Positions 18,399 to 27,133 of a stretch of 64,000 nt of DNA are shown here, in pieces (position 1 is the stretch's first letter; the number at the start of each line of letters is the position of its first letter). The position numbers were made by a program, and so were the translations under genes. The DNA is from an uncultured Anaerolineales bacterium (lineage in GTDB: Bacteria; Chloroflexota; Anaerolineae; Anaerolineales; RBG-16-64-43), in assembly GCA_964353865.1 (NCBI GenBank), contig CAYGXJ010000120.1, positions 10,112 through 74,111 of the forward strand, read 5' to 3'. Under the pieces are notes generated by a model, which saw only the letters and a program-made list of their open reading frames with translations, was not told where the DNA came from and did no database searches.

Positions 18399-18665
18399 AA
18401 ACAGAAATCCCCGCCCACCACAGGGACGGGAGATCCGCGGTACCACCCTGATTCCTCCCTCGCGGGAGGCGCTCAACCGGGCACGTGTGCATGCCCGCGC
18501 TCGAATAACGGTGAGCGGTCCGGCTGAGTCTACAAGCGCAGGGCGCCTTCGGTCAGCAGCTCCGGAAGGATTTTCGGCACCCGATCCGCGCCCGGCTCTC
18601 ACCACTCCCGGGCTCGCTGCGCAGATTGTAGGGCGCCTACTCGTTTCCATCAACGCCGATTTCGG
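18399..18665 (-). ncRNA. T-box riboswitch leader, Ile specifier
   Basis: Minus strand has GATGGAAACGAGTAG, AGCGAG...GTGGTGAGA (stem I), specifier loop GAAA-ATC (AUC = Ile at 18569-18571), T-box AATCAGGGTGGTACCGCG (18436-18453), antiterminator partner CGTCCCT, and terminator TCCCGTCCC/GGGCGGGGA followed by TTTCTGTTT. Confidence 0.93.
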
Positions 18666-18673
18666 TTTCGCCC

Positions 18674-18703
18674 ATTATGCCACACTCGCGCGATGCCGGT
18701 CAA
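18674..18703 (-). promoter_or_regulatory. Promoter of the T-box/alaX/ileS unit
   Basis: TTGACC-18 nt-CATAAT with extended TG (TGGCATAAT) immediately 5' of the T-box. Confidence 0.65.
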
Positions 18704-18969
18704 GGCGCGCTGGATTCCACGCTTCAGCCGGTCCGCGGCCGCCTAGCATGGCGTGTGTCGCTTGGATGATCACGAGCCAGGCAGATGCACACAGGGCGGA
18801 GCGGCCTGCGGGGCCGCTGCGCTTGGGGAAAACCAAGTCCCCTCTCCTTGGTGTATGGAGTGGGGACTCCTGTCGCCAATCGTTGGATTCTTAGGCCCGA
18901 TTGCGAGCCTGTTGCGCACGCGCCGAGGATCGGCCCTCGGGCGGAGGCGCGCCTGCCACGTCGGGGGGG

Positions 18970-19659
18970 TCAGGGGCTAGCTTGCCGCTGGCGCACCTGA
19001 CGCGCAATGAGTGCGACTGCGATCAGCGCTAGGCCGATGACGACCAAACCCGGCAGGCCTGCATCTTCGGCAAACCCGGTCTTGGGCAATGCCGCCGGCG
19101 TGATGCTGGCCGCGGCCTGCGGCGCGATCGCGGTGACCGTTGCGGGTGTCAGCGAGGCCAGCGCGGCGCGCGTTGCGGCGGCCTTGTTCGCGGCAATATC
19201 CGCGGTGGGGGCCGCGACGGTTCCGGCCGGCGTCATCTCGGTCGCCGTCGTCGCCCACGCGGTCGTCACGGGGGCCGCGGTGGTTCCAGCGGCGCTTGTC
19301 ACGGCAACTGTGGTTACCAGTGTCGGCGTGCCCGGGGCCGCGGTCACAGCGATCACTTTGGTGGCCGTCGGCTTGAGCGGGGTGACCGTCGCGGTGGCGG
19401 TCGAGGGCGGCAGCGTGGGCTGGACTTGAGCGCCGGCCGTCTGTGTGACACTCATGGCCACAGCCGTGTTCTGAGCACTGATCGTTGCGACCTGGTCGGT
19501 TCGTCCGGCGCGCAAACGCGGCGCCAGCACGAAAGCGTAGACCAACAGCGCCACAACCGCGATGATCAGCACCCCTCCCATGATGGCGGCGACGATAATG
19601 AACAGTCGGTTGCCGCCCTCTGCGGGCGGCGGTGCGCTCACGTCAAAGTTATCGGTCAT
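18970..19659 (-). CDS. Thr/Ala-rich surface protein with N-terminal TM segment and C-terminal LPXTG-like sorting signal
   Basis: TM segment at about aa 19-45, a long Thr/Ala/Pro-rich tract, then LPKTG, a hydrophobic segment and a basic tail (ARQVRQR). RBS AGGAAGGAG. Confidence 0.75.
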   Translation of the reverse strand: MTDNFDVSAPPPAEGGNRLFIIVAAIMGGVLIIAVVALLVYAFVLAPRLRAGRTDQVATISAQNTAVAMSVTQTAGAQVQPTLPPSTATATVTPLKPTATKVIAVTAAPGTPTLVTTVAVTSAAGTTAAPVTTAWATTATEMTPAGTVAAPTADIAANKAAATRAALASLTPATVTAIAPQAAASITPAALPKTGFAEDAGLPGLVVIGLALIAVALIARQVRQRQASP

Positions 19660-19732
19660 CGCTCGGTTCTCCTTCCTCTATCATCGCCTGCAACCACGCC
19701 CTGGGGTGTGCGGCTGCGCGGCCAGGAGTGCT

Positions 19733-20791
19733 TCATTCGAGAATATCCACGTTGGCCAGCGGGACGAGCACCATGCCTTCCTCGGTCAGTTCGACCTCGA
19801 GGCAGGCAGCCAACAGCCCGCTGGGCAAGGCGACCATACCGTGCGGCATCGAGGCAATCGTGCCTACCTTGCCCGCGTACGGCGCGCGGATGATGCGCAC
19901 CCTGCGACCGACCACCGGCGCCACGCCCTCCGCCGGCACATCCGCCGTCCCGACGGCCGGGAGCGGGATGACCAACTCCGGCCGGCTGCCCAACCAAGCG
20001 TTTAGCGGTTGGGCGTTCAGGCTCGCGTCGCGGCCGACGTTGGTGGCCAGGAGTTCAAAGGCGGCGCTGTTCATCGGCCGCATGCCAAATCCGTCGGTGA
20101 GTGCCAGGGCGAAATGCGCCTCGCGCGCCGCCGGAACGAGAGCCGCCGGCATGCTGCCCACCATCAACCCGCGCACCGGCAAATTGGCCAGGGCCTGCAG
20201 CACGTCCGGCCGCGTCACCCGGCCCGCCACGACAATTGTGCTGCGCAGGCCAATGTCAATCGCCTCCGGCGTCAATTCGGTATCCGCCGAGGGAGTGGCC
20301 ATGCGCAGGACTCCGACCTCTTCGCGGCCGTTGCCCCATACCGCTTCGACCAGCGCACCGATGGTCTCGATCGTCACCGAGCGCTCGGCCTCCATTCCCA
20401 CCACAACACCCGGAAGCCCAGCGCGCAATTCAAACGGCTCGCCGACCGCCTCGAACACCAGCCGCCCTTCTCCCTGCACGATCACCCGGCCGCCCATCGG
20501 CGCGCGCACCACCCTGCGCATCCAGCCCACCGGGCCGGCCAGGATATCGCCATGGCTGACCGCGTCCCCCGCCTTGTAGCGGAAATACTGGTCCGCCTTC
20601 TTGGGCGGCACCCCCAGGTGGTGGGCGACGTCGATCAGAAAATGCTTGGGATACAGGGTGGTTCGACCGATCAAGTCGCCGGCCTGCACCTTCTGATTCA
20701 AGCGTGCAGTGATCGTGCCAGGCAGCGGCAAAGCACGCCGCCGGCGCACTATCACCAGGGGGGCAACGTGAGTCTGGGTTGGCAGGTCCAT
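19733..20791 (-). CDS. Uncharacterised soluble protein with barrel-sandwich-hybrid-like repeats and a C-terminal KOW-like motif
   Basis: Start re-called to the ATG at 20791, 8 nt after the upstream stop. LPLPGTITARLNQKVQAGDLI and KAGDAVSHGDILA...VRAPMGGRV resemble BSH folds; VGRRVRIIRAPYAGKVGTI is KOW-like. The CDS is solid but the domain calls are by eye. Confidence 0.75.
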   Translation of the reverse strand: MDLPTQTHVAPLVIVRRRRALPLPGTITARLNQKVQAGDLIGRTTLYPKHFLIDVAHHLGVPPKKADQYFRYKAGDAVSHGDILAGPVGWMRRVVRAPMGGRVIVQGEGRLVFEAVGEPFELRAGLPGVVVGMEAERSVTIETIGALVEAVWGNGREEVGVLRMATPSADTELTPEAIDIGLRSTIVVAGRVTRPDVLQALANLPVRGLMVGSMPAALVPAAREAHFALALTDGFGMRPMNSAAFELLATNVGRDASLNAQPLNAWLGSRPELVIPLPAVGTADVPAEGVAPVVGRRVRIIRAPYAGKVGTIASMPHGMVALPSGLLAACLEVELTEEGMVLVPLANVDILE

Positions 20792-20799
20792 CGTCTCTC

Positions 20800-22572
20800 T
20801 CAGGCCCCGATCTGCATCAACCACTCTTCCTGGGCGCGGCGCTGCTTCTCGCGCTCTACTGGCAGCACCAGCGGACGGCCGCGCGCATCCAGGATCACGC
20901 CCACCAGCCCGCCGCTGACGGTGATCGTCCCTCCATGGCCGGCGCCGCCCAAGCCCAGGTCGAAGCGGCGGCTGGGCTGAACGGCCAGGCGGGCCTTCTC
21001 GCCCATCGGCAAGGGCAGCACTTCGATCGAACCGGCCAGGACCTGGCCGCGCACCTGGCGGCCGGATTCATAAGCCAGCGTATAGCGCATGGCCGTCTCG
21101 CCCTGCCGCCCTCGGCCCGCCGGCGCGACGACGGTTCCCAGGCTCGGGAAGCTGGACGAGCTAAGCACCTGCACGACGGCCAACGGGTTCACCCGCGCCG
21201 CTGCGCCGAGCAGCGGGAGCAAGCCGTGCGCGTCGAGGACCAGCGTGGTGATGCCAGCCGGTTCGAGCCCGTCCAGAAGTATCAGCGCTGCCTGGCCCGC
21301 ACGAGGCGCACGAGCCAACACCGAGCCCGCGCCCAGGATCGGTTCGAGCAACGGTAGAAGCGCCGGCCACGGGCGGGCGCGCCGCAAATGCCAGGAGGGC
21401 GCCGCCGCTTGCACGGCCACCCGCAGCAGTTGGCGCGCCACGGCCTGCTCAATCCACAGATCCTCGACCGTAGCGGGGACCGAGCGCGGGTAGAGCGATT
21501 TGTTGTAGAGGTAATCGCGCACGTGGCCGTCGGAGAGATCCACCGGCAGCCAGCGCACGATCTCCTCCAGCGCGCAATGCTCGAGCAGGCCCACCGTCTC
21601 GCGCCCGAGGTTGAGGTCCGGGCGCACCGAGAGATCCACCGTCGGCCCGAAGCTCGCGGCCAAGATGGTCGAGCCGGCGCCAATTGAAGCCGCCAAGACG
21701 CCTTTGCTGCCCTCGTAGGCCTGACCCAAGAAGCGCACGATGGTGCCGATGCCCAGGGCGCCGGGCGTGAGCGCGCCGGCCGTCCATGAGAGCGGCTCGT
21801 CGAGGCCACTGATTTTGGTGCGCAGCAACTCGACCACCCGGTGATTGAGTTCGGTGCGCGAGCCATCTATCGATTCGATTTCCAGGCTGGGTCGGACATT
21901 CGGGCCAACGTAGACCGCGCCCACATCCTTCAGCAATACACGCACTCGATCGGCCACCTCGCCGTTACCCACAAAAAGAATCTGCGGGCGGGTATCGACC
22001 GAAAACAGGTGCACGCTCAGCCCCACCACTTCGAGTGTTTGCAGCAGCGCCTGCGAGGCGCCGCCTTCCGTGCCGCCGGCGATCACGATCAGGTCGGGGC
22101 GGGCCCGGATGAGCACATCCAGAAGCGATTCTTCACTCTGGCCGTCGCCCAGGCTCACCTCAGCCGCGACCCGCACCGGCGCCGAGCGGGCCAAGTTGCG
22201 CACGCTGCGCAGCGAGTATTCGGGCAGCAGGCCGACCAGGGCAGTGCGCACGTCGGCGGTGAGCGAGAACGAGAGCACCGCCACATCCACACCGTTGCCG
22301 TCCGGGCGCGAGGGCAGAATGAGCGATCCCTTGTCGTCGAGCAGGCTGCGCGCAACGATGGTGCCGAGAGTCTCCACCGCGTGGTGGATCCCCTCGCTCA
22401 CATCGAGAAACGGAAACTCGGCTGTGGTCGGCGCAGTCGTGACACCCAGCAAGCGGTACTGGCTCTCGACTACATCGAACAGAGCCACCCGCGTCGAAAC
22501 GGTGCCGACATCGACCGCCAGCAGCGACTCGGGTTCTTGCTTGATGGGCGCGGTGGCAGTGCGTTCGCTCAT
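20800..22572 (-). CDS. GlmL/MutL-family (glutamate-mutase-L-like) actin-like ATPase
   Basis: 590 aa. LLAVDVGTVSTR (ASKHA phosphate-1), PDLIVIAGGTEGG, NVRPSLE, SIGAGST, ILGAGSVL and GGLVGVILDARGRPL. ATGA overlap with the upstream gene. Confidence 0.78.
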   Translation of the reverse strand: MSERTATAPIKQEPESLLAVDVGTVSTRVALFDVVESQYRLLGVTTAPTTAEFPFLDVSEGIHHAVETLGTIVARSLLDDKGSLILPSRPDGNGVDVAVLSFSLTADVRTALVGLLPEYSLRSVRNLARSAPVRVAAEVSLGDGQSEESLLDVLIRARPDLIVIAGGTEGGASQALLQTLEVVGLSVHLFSVDTRPQILFVGNGEVADRVRVLLKDVGAVYVGPNVRPSLEIESIDGSRTELNHRVVELLRTKISGLDEPLSWTAGALTPGALGIGTIVRFLGQAYEGSKGVLAASIGAGSTILAASFGPTVDLSVRPDLNLGRETVGLLEHCALEEIVRWLPVDLSDGHVRDYLYNKSLYPRSVPATVEDLWIEQAVARQLLRVAVQAAAPSWHLRRARPWPALLPLLEPILGAGSVLARAPRAGQAALILLDGLEPAGITTLVLDAHGLLPLLGAAARVNPLAVVQVLSSSSFPSLGTVVAPAGRGRQGETAMRYTLAYESGRQVRGQVLAGSIEVLPLPMGEKARLAVQPSRRFDLGLGGAGHGGTITVSGGLVGVILDARGRPLVLPVEREKQRRAQEEWLMQIGA

Positions 22573-23249
22573 GGGAGGAGGCGCCCAAGGATCTGCTGCA
22601 CAAACACCACGCGGTCGATGAGCGCTGTGAGGCTGGCAGTCAGGGCCCCGGCGTAAAGCGCGCCGAAGGCCACCGCCAGGAATATCTCACCCACCCGCGC
22701 GAACGGCACCACCCACAGTGGGCGGGCCGGCGCCTCCCCGGCGCGCGGCCGCGCGCCGAAATGGAAGTAGGCCAGGGTCGTCACGGTGCCCACCAGAATG
22801 ATCAGGTTGCTTAGCGTGCCCTCCAGATCGAGGAACACCCCGCCGGACGACTGGCGCACCGGTGAAAGCGAAACGGCCGTGGCTGCAACTTGCGGGATGA
22901 GCGTCCCGGTGAGTGCACCGCCGATGGCCACCGCGGCCGCAAGCCCCACCAGGAACGCCATCGGCACGGAGCTGAGGACAGACAGGCGCGGGGTTGAACG
23001 CCCGATCATGAGCAGGACCATGATGAGCGGGATCCACAAGGCCGGATCGAGCCATGCCATCAGGTTGAGCATGCGACCGAAAAGCTGCGGCCACAAAACG
23101 CTCTGCCAGGCGACCGCGGCCAGATAGCCGGCCGTGACGCCGATGAGCAAGTGCGCGGCGATGCGGAACAGGACGTTGTCGCCCAGGACATAGGAAAGAA
23201 TGGCCACGCTGAGGAAGAAGCCGAGAGCGGCCGCCGCAACATCACTCAT
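22569..23249 (-). CDS. Uncharacterised polytopic membrane protein
   Basis: 226 aa with several hydrophobic segments and SYVLGDNVLFRIAAHLLIGVTAGY. Overlaps both neighbours (8 nt and 4 nt). Confidence 0.8.
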   Translation of the reverse strand: MSDVAAAALGFFLSVAILSYVLGDNVLFRIAAHLLIGVTAGYLAAVAWQSVLWPQLFGRMLNLMAWLDPALWIPLIMVLLMIGRSTPRLSVLSSVPMAFLVGLAAAVAIGGALTGTLIPQVAATAVSLSPVRQSSGGVFLDLEGTLSNLIILVGTVTTLAYFHFGARPRAGEAPARPLWVVPFARVGEIFLAVAFGALYAGALTASLTALIDRVVFVQQILGRLLP

Positions 23250-25398
23250 GGCTGGTCCTGCGCATCGAGATCACGCCGCGGCGAATGACGGAGGCCAGCC
23301 CGCCGATGAGCAGGATCAGCACCGCCGCCAGAACCGCCATACCGAATGCGTCCCACATCGAGTCCGCCACGCCCAGCCGCCCGCAGCGGCCGCTGGCCGG
23401 GTCGAGGGCATTCAGGCACTCATAGGCCTCGGCCCCTGCTAAGCCCACCACCATTCCCTGGACCGACGGAAATGCGCTCTCATAATAGGGCCGCGCCAGC
23501 GGCTCGGCCGCGGCGCTGACGATCGCCACCAACGGCACGGAGGGGACGGCCGTATGCACCTGTTCAATCCAGCTCTGCAGCGCCGCCGGGTCGGAGGCCA
23601 CAACCAAGATGGCCGAGAAATTCGACGAGGCGTGCAGCGCAGCGACCATCCCCGCATCCCAGCCTTCAGGTGCCGACTGGCCGTAGACTGCCTGCCACGG
23701 ATTGGCGGCGAAGGCACGCAAGCCAATCGGGCCCGCGGGAAGGTAACCCAGCGGCAGGTAGTTGAACCCGCTTTGGTACTGCGGGTGGGCGGCGCGCGTA
23801 CGCTTCATAAGGCGCTCGGCGAGCGCGACGCCCACCGGCCGCGTGGACACCGAGGCAATTGGGGCGCCGACGGTCATGACGTGGTCCAAGACGGCCAGCG
23901 CCGCCGCCTCGAGCTCGGCCGAGGCTGCCGCGTCGTAGTCCACGGCGAGCAGGAGCGGACGATCGCGAGGCAGGGAGTTGATGAGGTTGGCGGTCTGCAG
24001 AGTCTCGACCGCGATGACCGACGGACGGGCGAAGACCGATGTCCCGGTGGCGCCGGGGACAATCATGGCCGCGACAAGGATCACCAAGACAGCCAGCCCG
24101 CCCCAGGGCCGGGCCTGGGGGCGCCGGCGGGCGCGCGGTACCGCGCGCGATTCGGGTGTGGAGACAATGCGTTGCAGCAGTTCGGCGTGTGCGGCGTGGG
24201 CCGGTTGGATGTCGAGCAAGCTGGGCAGCACCGGAGGATGGCGTCCGACTTCGGCTTCGACTTTGGGTGGCAAGACGCCGCGCAGTCCCGCGAGCGGCCC
24301 TGCCGACTCGACACGCTCTTCAGCCTCACCCGGCTCTCCTTTAGGCGCCAACGGTCCTTCCACAGGTCGCATGGCGCGCAACCACGGGGGCAAGACGGCC
24401 TGCTCCAAACTCTCCCCGGGCGCTTCTATCGGCGGCGGTGTGGGCGAGGAGCCTGCGGTCAGCCATTCGGGCAGAACGCCGGGCGCCAGCAATTCCTCGA
24501 GCGGAGGTGTCTCGATGGGCGCGGCGGGAACACCCGCGAGGCCAGGCACGTCCACGGGCGCGGCAGCCTCTTCGCGAGCGGAAACCAGCCAATCAGGAAT
24601 CTCTTTCTCGGAGTATGCGCCGCGCAATTCATCATCTTCGCTCGCGAACGCGGCCGGGGTTGCCGGTGCGGCGGGAGGTACGGCCTCTGCAGGAGCAGGA
24701 GCTGGCGCGGGCGCAGGCGGCTGCACATCGCTCAGCCAGGTCGGCACATTGCCCTCGCCGCCCGCCGGCTGCGGACCTGGGGCTGCGGTTGGACCCGTGG
24801 CGAGGTCTTCATGCGGAGCGTGCATCCAGTCCGGAGGCAAACCCTCGCCCGTGGCTTGGGGCGCGGGGAAGGAAGGCGCGGGGGCAGCGCCCGGCGTGCC
24901 TTCTACTGCGCGCCGTGCGCGCAGGCGCTTAAGCCACTCGGGTTCGTCTTCTTCAGAGGCAGGTTCCGCAGGGGTCGTCGCAGCCGAGGCCGGCGGCCTT
25001 GCCTCGCCAGATGAGGCGAATGCGGGCACAGGACCGTAGGGCTCAGCCGGTTTTCCAAGGCCGAATACACCCTCGGCCGGTGAGGTGGCGCCGGATGGCG
25101 CGGGGCTCTCGTCGTCGGTGCGCGTACGGATGCGTGAGAGCCAATCGCTGGCCTCCTGATCGGAGGGAGCCTCGGGCTCGCCGGAAAGCTCGCGCGTCCC
25201 GCCTGGCGTTGGGCTTCCCTGGTCTCTCAAACGCGAAAGCCAATCGGGCACCGTCTCGCCGCCGGAGGCCGAGGGCTCAGCAGCCCCCAGAGGCGCGGCG
25301 CCCGGGCCCACCGGCTTGAGGCGTGCCTGGCAATAGAGACAGGTCTCTGCCTCTTCCGCATTGGGCTTGCCACACATCGGGCAACGAACGTCAGCCAT
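23242..25398 (-). CDS. Zinc-ribbon / low-complexity / TM / C-terminal alpha-beta domain protein
   Basis: 718 aa. CPMC-x10-CLYC at the N-terminus, a Pro/Ala/Glu-rich region with repeated P-x-W-L motifs, a TM segment (LAVLVILVAAMIV), a globular domain (LLAVDYD...AELE) and a C-terminal TM segment. RBS GGAGAGG. Confidence 0.8.
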   Translation of the reverse strand: MADVRCPMCGKPNAEEAETCLYCQARLKPVGPGAAPLGAAEPSASGGETVPDWLSRLRDQGSPTPGGTRELSGEPEAPSDQEASDWLSRIRTRTDDESPAPSGATSPAEGVFGLGKPAEPYGPVPAFASSGEARPPASAATTPAEPASEEDEPEWLKRLRARRAVEGTPGAAPAPSFPAPQATGEGLPPDWMHAPHEDLATGPTAAPGPQPAGGEGNVPTWLSDVQPPAPAPAPAPAEAVPPAAPATPAAFASEDDELRGAYSEKEIPDWLVSAREEAAAPVDVPGLAGVPAAPIETPPLEELLAPGVLPEWLTAGSSPTPPPIEAPGESLEQAVLPPWLRAMRPVEGPLAPKGEPGEAEERVESAGPLAGLRGVLPPKVEAEVGRHPPVLPSLLDIQPAHAAHAELLQRIVSTPESRAVPRARRRPQARPWGGLAVLVILVAAMIVPGATGTSVFARPSVIAVETLQTANLINSLPRDRPLLLAVDYDAAASAELEAAALAVLDHVMTVGAPIASVSTRPVGVALAERLMKRTRAAHPQYQSGFNYLPLGYLPAGPIGLRAFAANPWQAVYGQSAPEGWDAGMVAALHASSNFSAILVVASDPAALQSWIEQVHTAVPSVPLVAIVSAAAEPLARPYYESAFPSVQGMVVGLAGAEAYECLNALDPASGRCGRLGVADSMWDAFGMAVLAAVLILLIGGLASVIRRGVISMRRTSHE

Positions 25399-25436
25399 GC
25401 CTCTCCAGATCCGGTCTCACGCCTCGGCGGCGGCCA

Positions 25437-26051
25437 TCACCGCTCGTAGGGTTGGTCGAACCCAAGCAGGACTCTCAGGCCCGTGGCCGTTGCGCCAAGA
25501 GCGACGCCCAGGATGATGCCGCGCGCGCCAGCCACCGCCGGCACTTGAGCGATCCAGTTGCGCAACCCCTCCAAGAAGGGCAGCGAGATGAACGGCAGAG
25601 GCGCCGTTCCAAGCAAAACCAGAAAGGCGGTGAGAAAAAACACGAGCGTCCCGAGCGCCTGCCGCCGGAAGAGGAGCCGCACGCCGGCCAGCAACAACAC
25701 CACGGCCAGCAGTCCCATCAGGCCAATCTCCAGCGGCCGTTGGATCTCTGAGACGACCCACACCGAGTACGGGTGGGCCGGCCCGAACAAGACCACCACC
25801 GCGAAGACGCTGAAGAGCGAGATGACCATGAAGATGCTGTACAGATGCCCGGGCCGTTGCTCGCGGATCTTGCGCAGGTGAACCTGGAGCAGGTTGCCCA
25901 CACCCAGCAGCAACGCGACCGTGCCGATGATCATGCCGCTGCGCAGCATGACATCCCGCACAGAGGCAAAGAAGGCACCCGGGAGGAAATACCCGAGCAG
26001 CATGATGGCGCCGGTGAGTATGGCGACGATGACCGAAGCCTTGATCCTCAC
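25437..26051 (-). CDS. Uncharacterised polytopic membrane protein
   Basis: 204 aa, mostly hydrophobic, with LGVGNLLQVHLRKI and GARGIILGVALG. GTGA overlap with the upstream gene. Confidence 0.8.
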   Translation of the reverse strand: MRIKASVIVAILTGAIMLLGYFLPGAFFASVRDVMLRSGMIIGTVALLLGVGNLLQVHLRKIREQRPGHLYSIFMVISLFSVFAVVVLFGPAHPYSVWVVSEIQRPLEIGLMGLLAVVLLLAGVRLLFRRQALGTLVFFLTAFLVLLGTAPLPFISLPFLEGLRNWIAQVPAVAGARGIILGVALGATATGLRVLLGFDQPYER

Positions 26052-26794
26052 AGCAACCCCAATGAGCGCACGACGGCCAGGCCCACGATGGCGGCGATGA
26101 CCAGCCAGCGCAGGATATCTTGCGCCTGCAGGCTGGCGGCATGTGCGCGATTCACATGCAGGTAGGCTCCGGAGGCAAAGAGCTCTTCGCCGATAAGCGG
26201 ATGATCGGCCGTGACGTAGAGGGCGGTCTGGCCCTGAACATCGAGCGTGCCGCCGATGACGGTGCCGCGCCGCGCTCCAGATTCGGCGATCAGGGCGGCT
26301 TCCGGGCCGACGGCTCCCAACACAATGGTGGCGGTGACGTCTTCATCGGGCGCTGTGTGCATGGCACCGGCGGCGTAGCCTTGAGCTCCCACGCCGGTCA
26401 CCCGCCCCAGCAAGGGATCGTAGCGGTCTTCTGCGCGCTGCTGGCGGAAGGCGACCCGCAGCACATCTTGGGCGAGCAGCGCCACCGCGCCATCGCCCGA
26501 GGTGGCCAGGGGCGGTTTGTCGGAGACCGACCCGGCCGTGGCTATTTGCGAGAGGGTCGAAAGGCCAATGAGCGATGCAGCGGAATCGTTGGAGGTGAGC
26601 GACCCTGAGCCAAGCGCCACATGCAAGCGCGTGCCCGCCTCAACCGAGCGGCCCAGGTCGACCGCCAATGCATCGAAGGGCGGCAAATGGCGAAAGGTCG
26701 GCCACGTCGCACGGCGCGTGAGGCTGAAGGCTAAGATCAGCGCGGCCATCAGAACGGCCACGGCAAATGCGACCCACCCGATCAGCGCATCCAC
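26048..26794 (-). CDS. Membrane-anchored protein resembling DUF6754
   Basis: 248 aa with TM segments at both ends and FRHLPPFDALAVDLGRSVEAGTRLHVALGSG and LIGEELFASGAYL. The DUF6754 resemblance is from memory and was not HMM-tested. RBS GGGAGG. Confidence 0.72.
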   Translation of the reverse strand: MDALIGWVAFAVAVLMAALILAFSLTRRATWPTFRHLPPFDALAVDLGRSVEAGTRLHVALGSGSLTSNDSAASLIGLSTLSQIATAGSVSDKPPLATSGDGAVALLAQDVLRVAFRQQRAEDRYDPLLGRVTGVGAQGYAAGAMHTAPDEDVTATIVLGAVGPEAALIAESGARRGTVIGGTLDVQGQTALYVTADHPLIGEELFASGAYLHVNRAHAASLQAQDILRWLVIAAIVGLAVVRSLGLL

Positions 26795-26817
26795 CTGGCG
26801 AAGCCTCCCTGCCTACC

Positions 26818-27105
26818 TCAGGAAGTGGGTCCGACCGATTGGCCGGGGGAGGGCATCTCGCCCGCTGGGCCTCGCTCTTCATCAAGCCAGGCCAGCCAGC
26901 GGGTCAGGGTGCCATCACTTACCCATGCTGAAAGCAGCGGTTCGGAGAGATGCAAGAGTTGCGCCGCGAAGAAGCGCAAGCCCGGTTCGTCGTTCAGGAG
27001 TTGGACCAGGAATGGGGGACCGGTCGAGCCTGCCGGCGCATCCTTCGGCGTCGTGCCCATGCGCGGTTCAGTCGGTCGTGCTCCTGGCAGATGCGTGAGC
27101 CGCAT
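26818..27105 (-). CDS. Small hypothetical protein (about 95 aa), probable first gene of the operon
   Basis: ATG at 27105 lies just downstream of an extended -10. Amphipathic core FLVQLLNDEPGLRFFAAQLLHLSEPLL. Stop is 23 nt before the next start. Confidence 0.45.
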   Translation of the reverse strand: MRLTHLPGARPTEPRMGTTPKDAPAGSTGPPFLVQLLNDEPGLRFFAAQLLHLSEPLLSAWVSDGTLTRWLAWLDEERGPAGEMPSPGQSVGPTS

Positions 27106-27133
27106 TTTCCCCCGTCCTTGTCGGACGCGGTCG

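Noticed and set aside
17617-18894. 425-aa plus-strand ORF spanning alaX and its leader
   Set aside because: It is antisense to alaX and a clear T-box, and has no protein motifs.
20800-22572. Calling this gene mismatch-repair mutL or a glutamate fermentation locus
   Set aside because: It has ASKHA motifs rather than GHKL motifs; the name overlap is historical. No glmS/glmE mutase subunits are present in the window.
25417-26142. Alternative-frame 241-aa ORF overlapping the 204-aa membrane gene
   Set aside because: It is an Arg/Gly-rich off-frame translation. The 25437-26051 frame gives a coherent hydrophobic protein with a GTGA coupling overlap.
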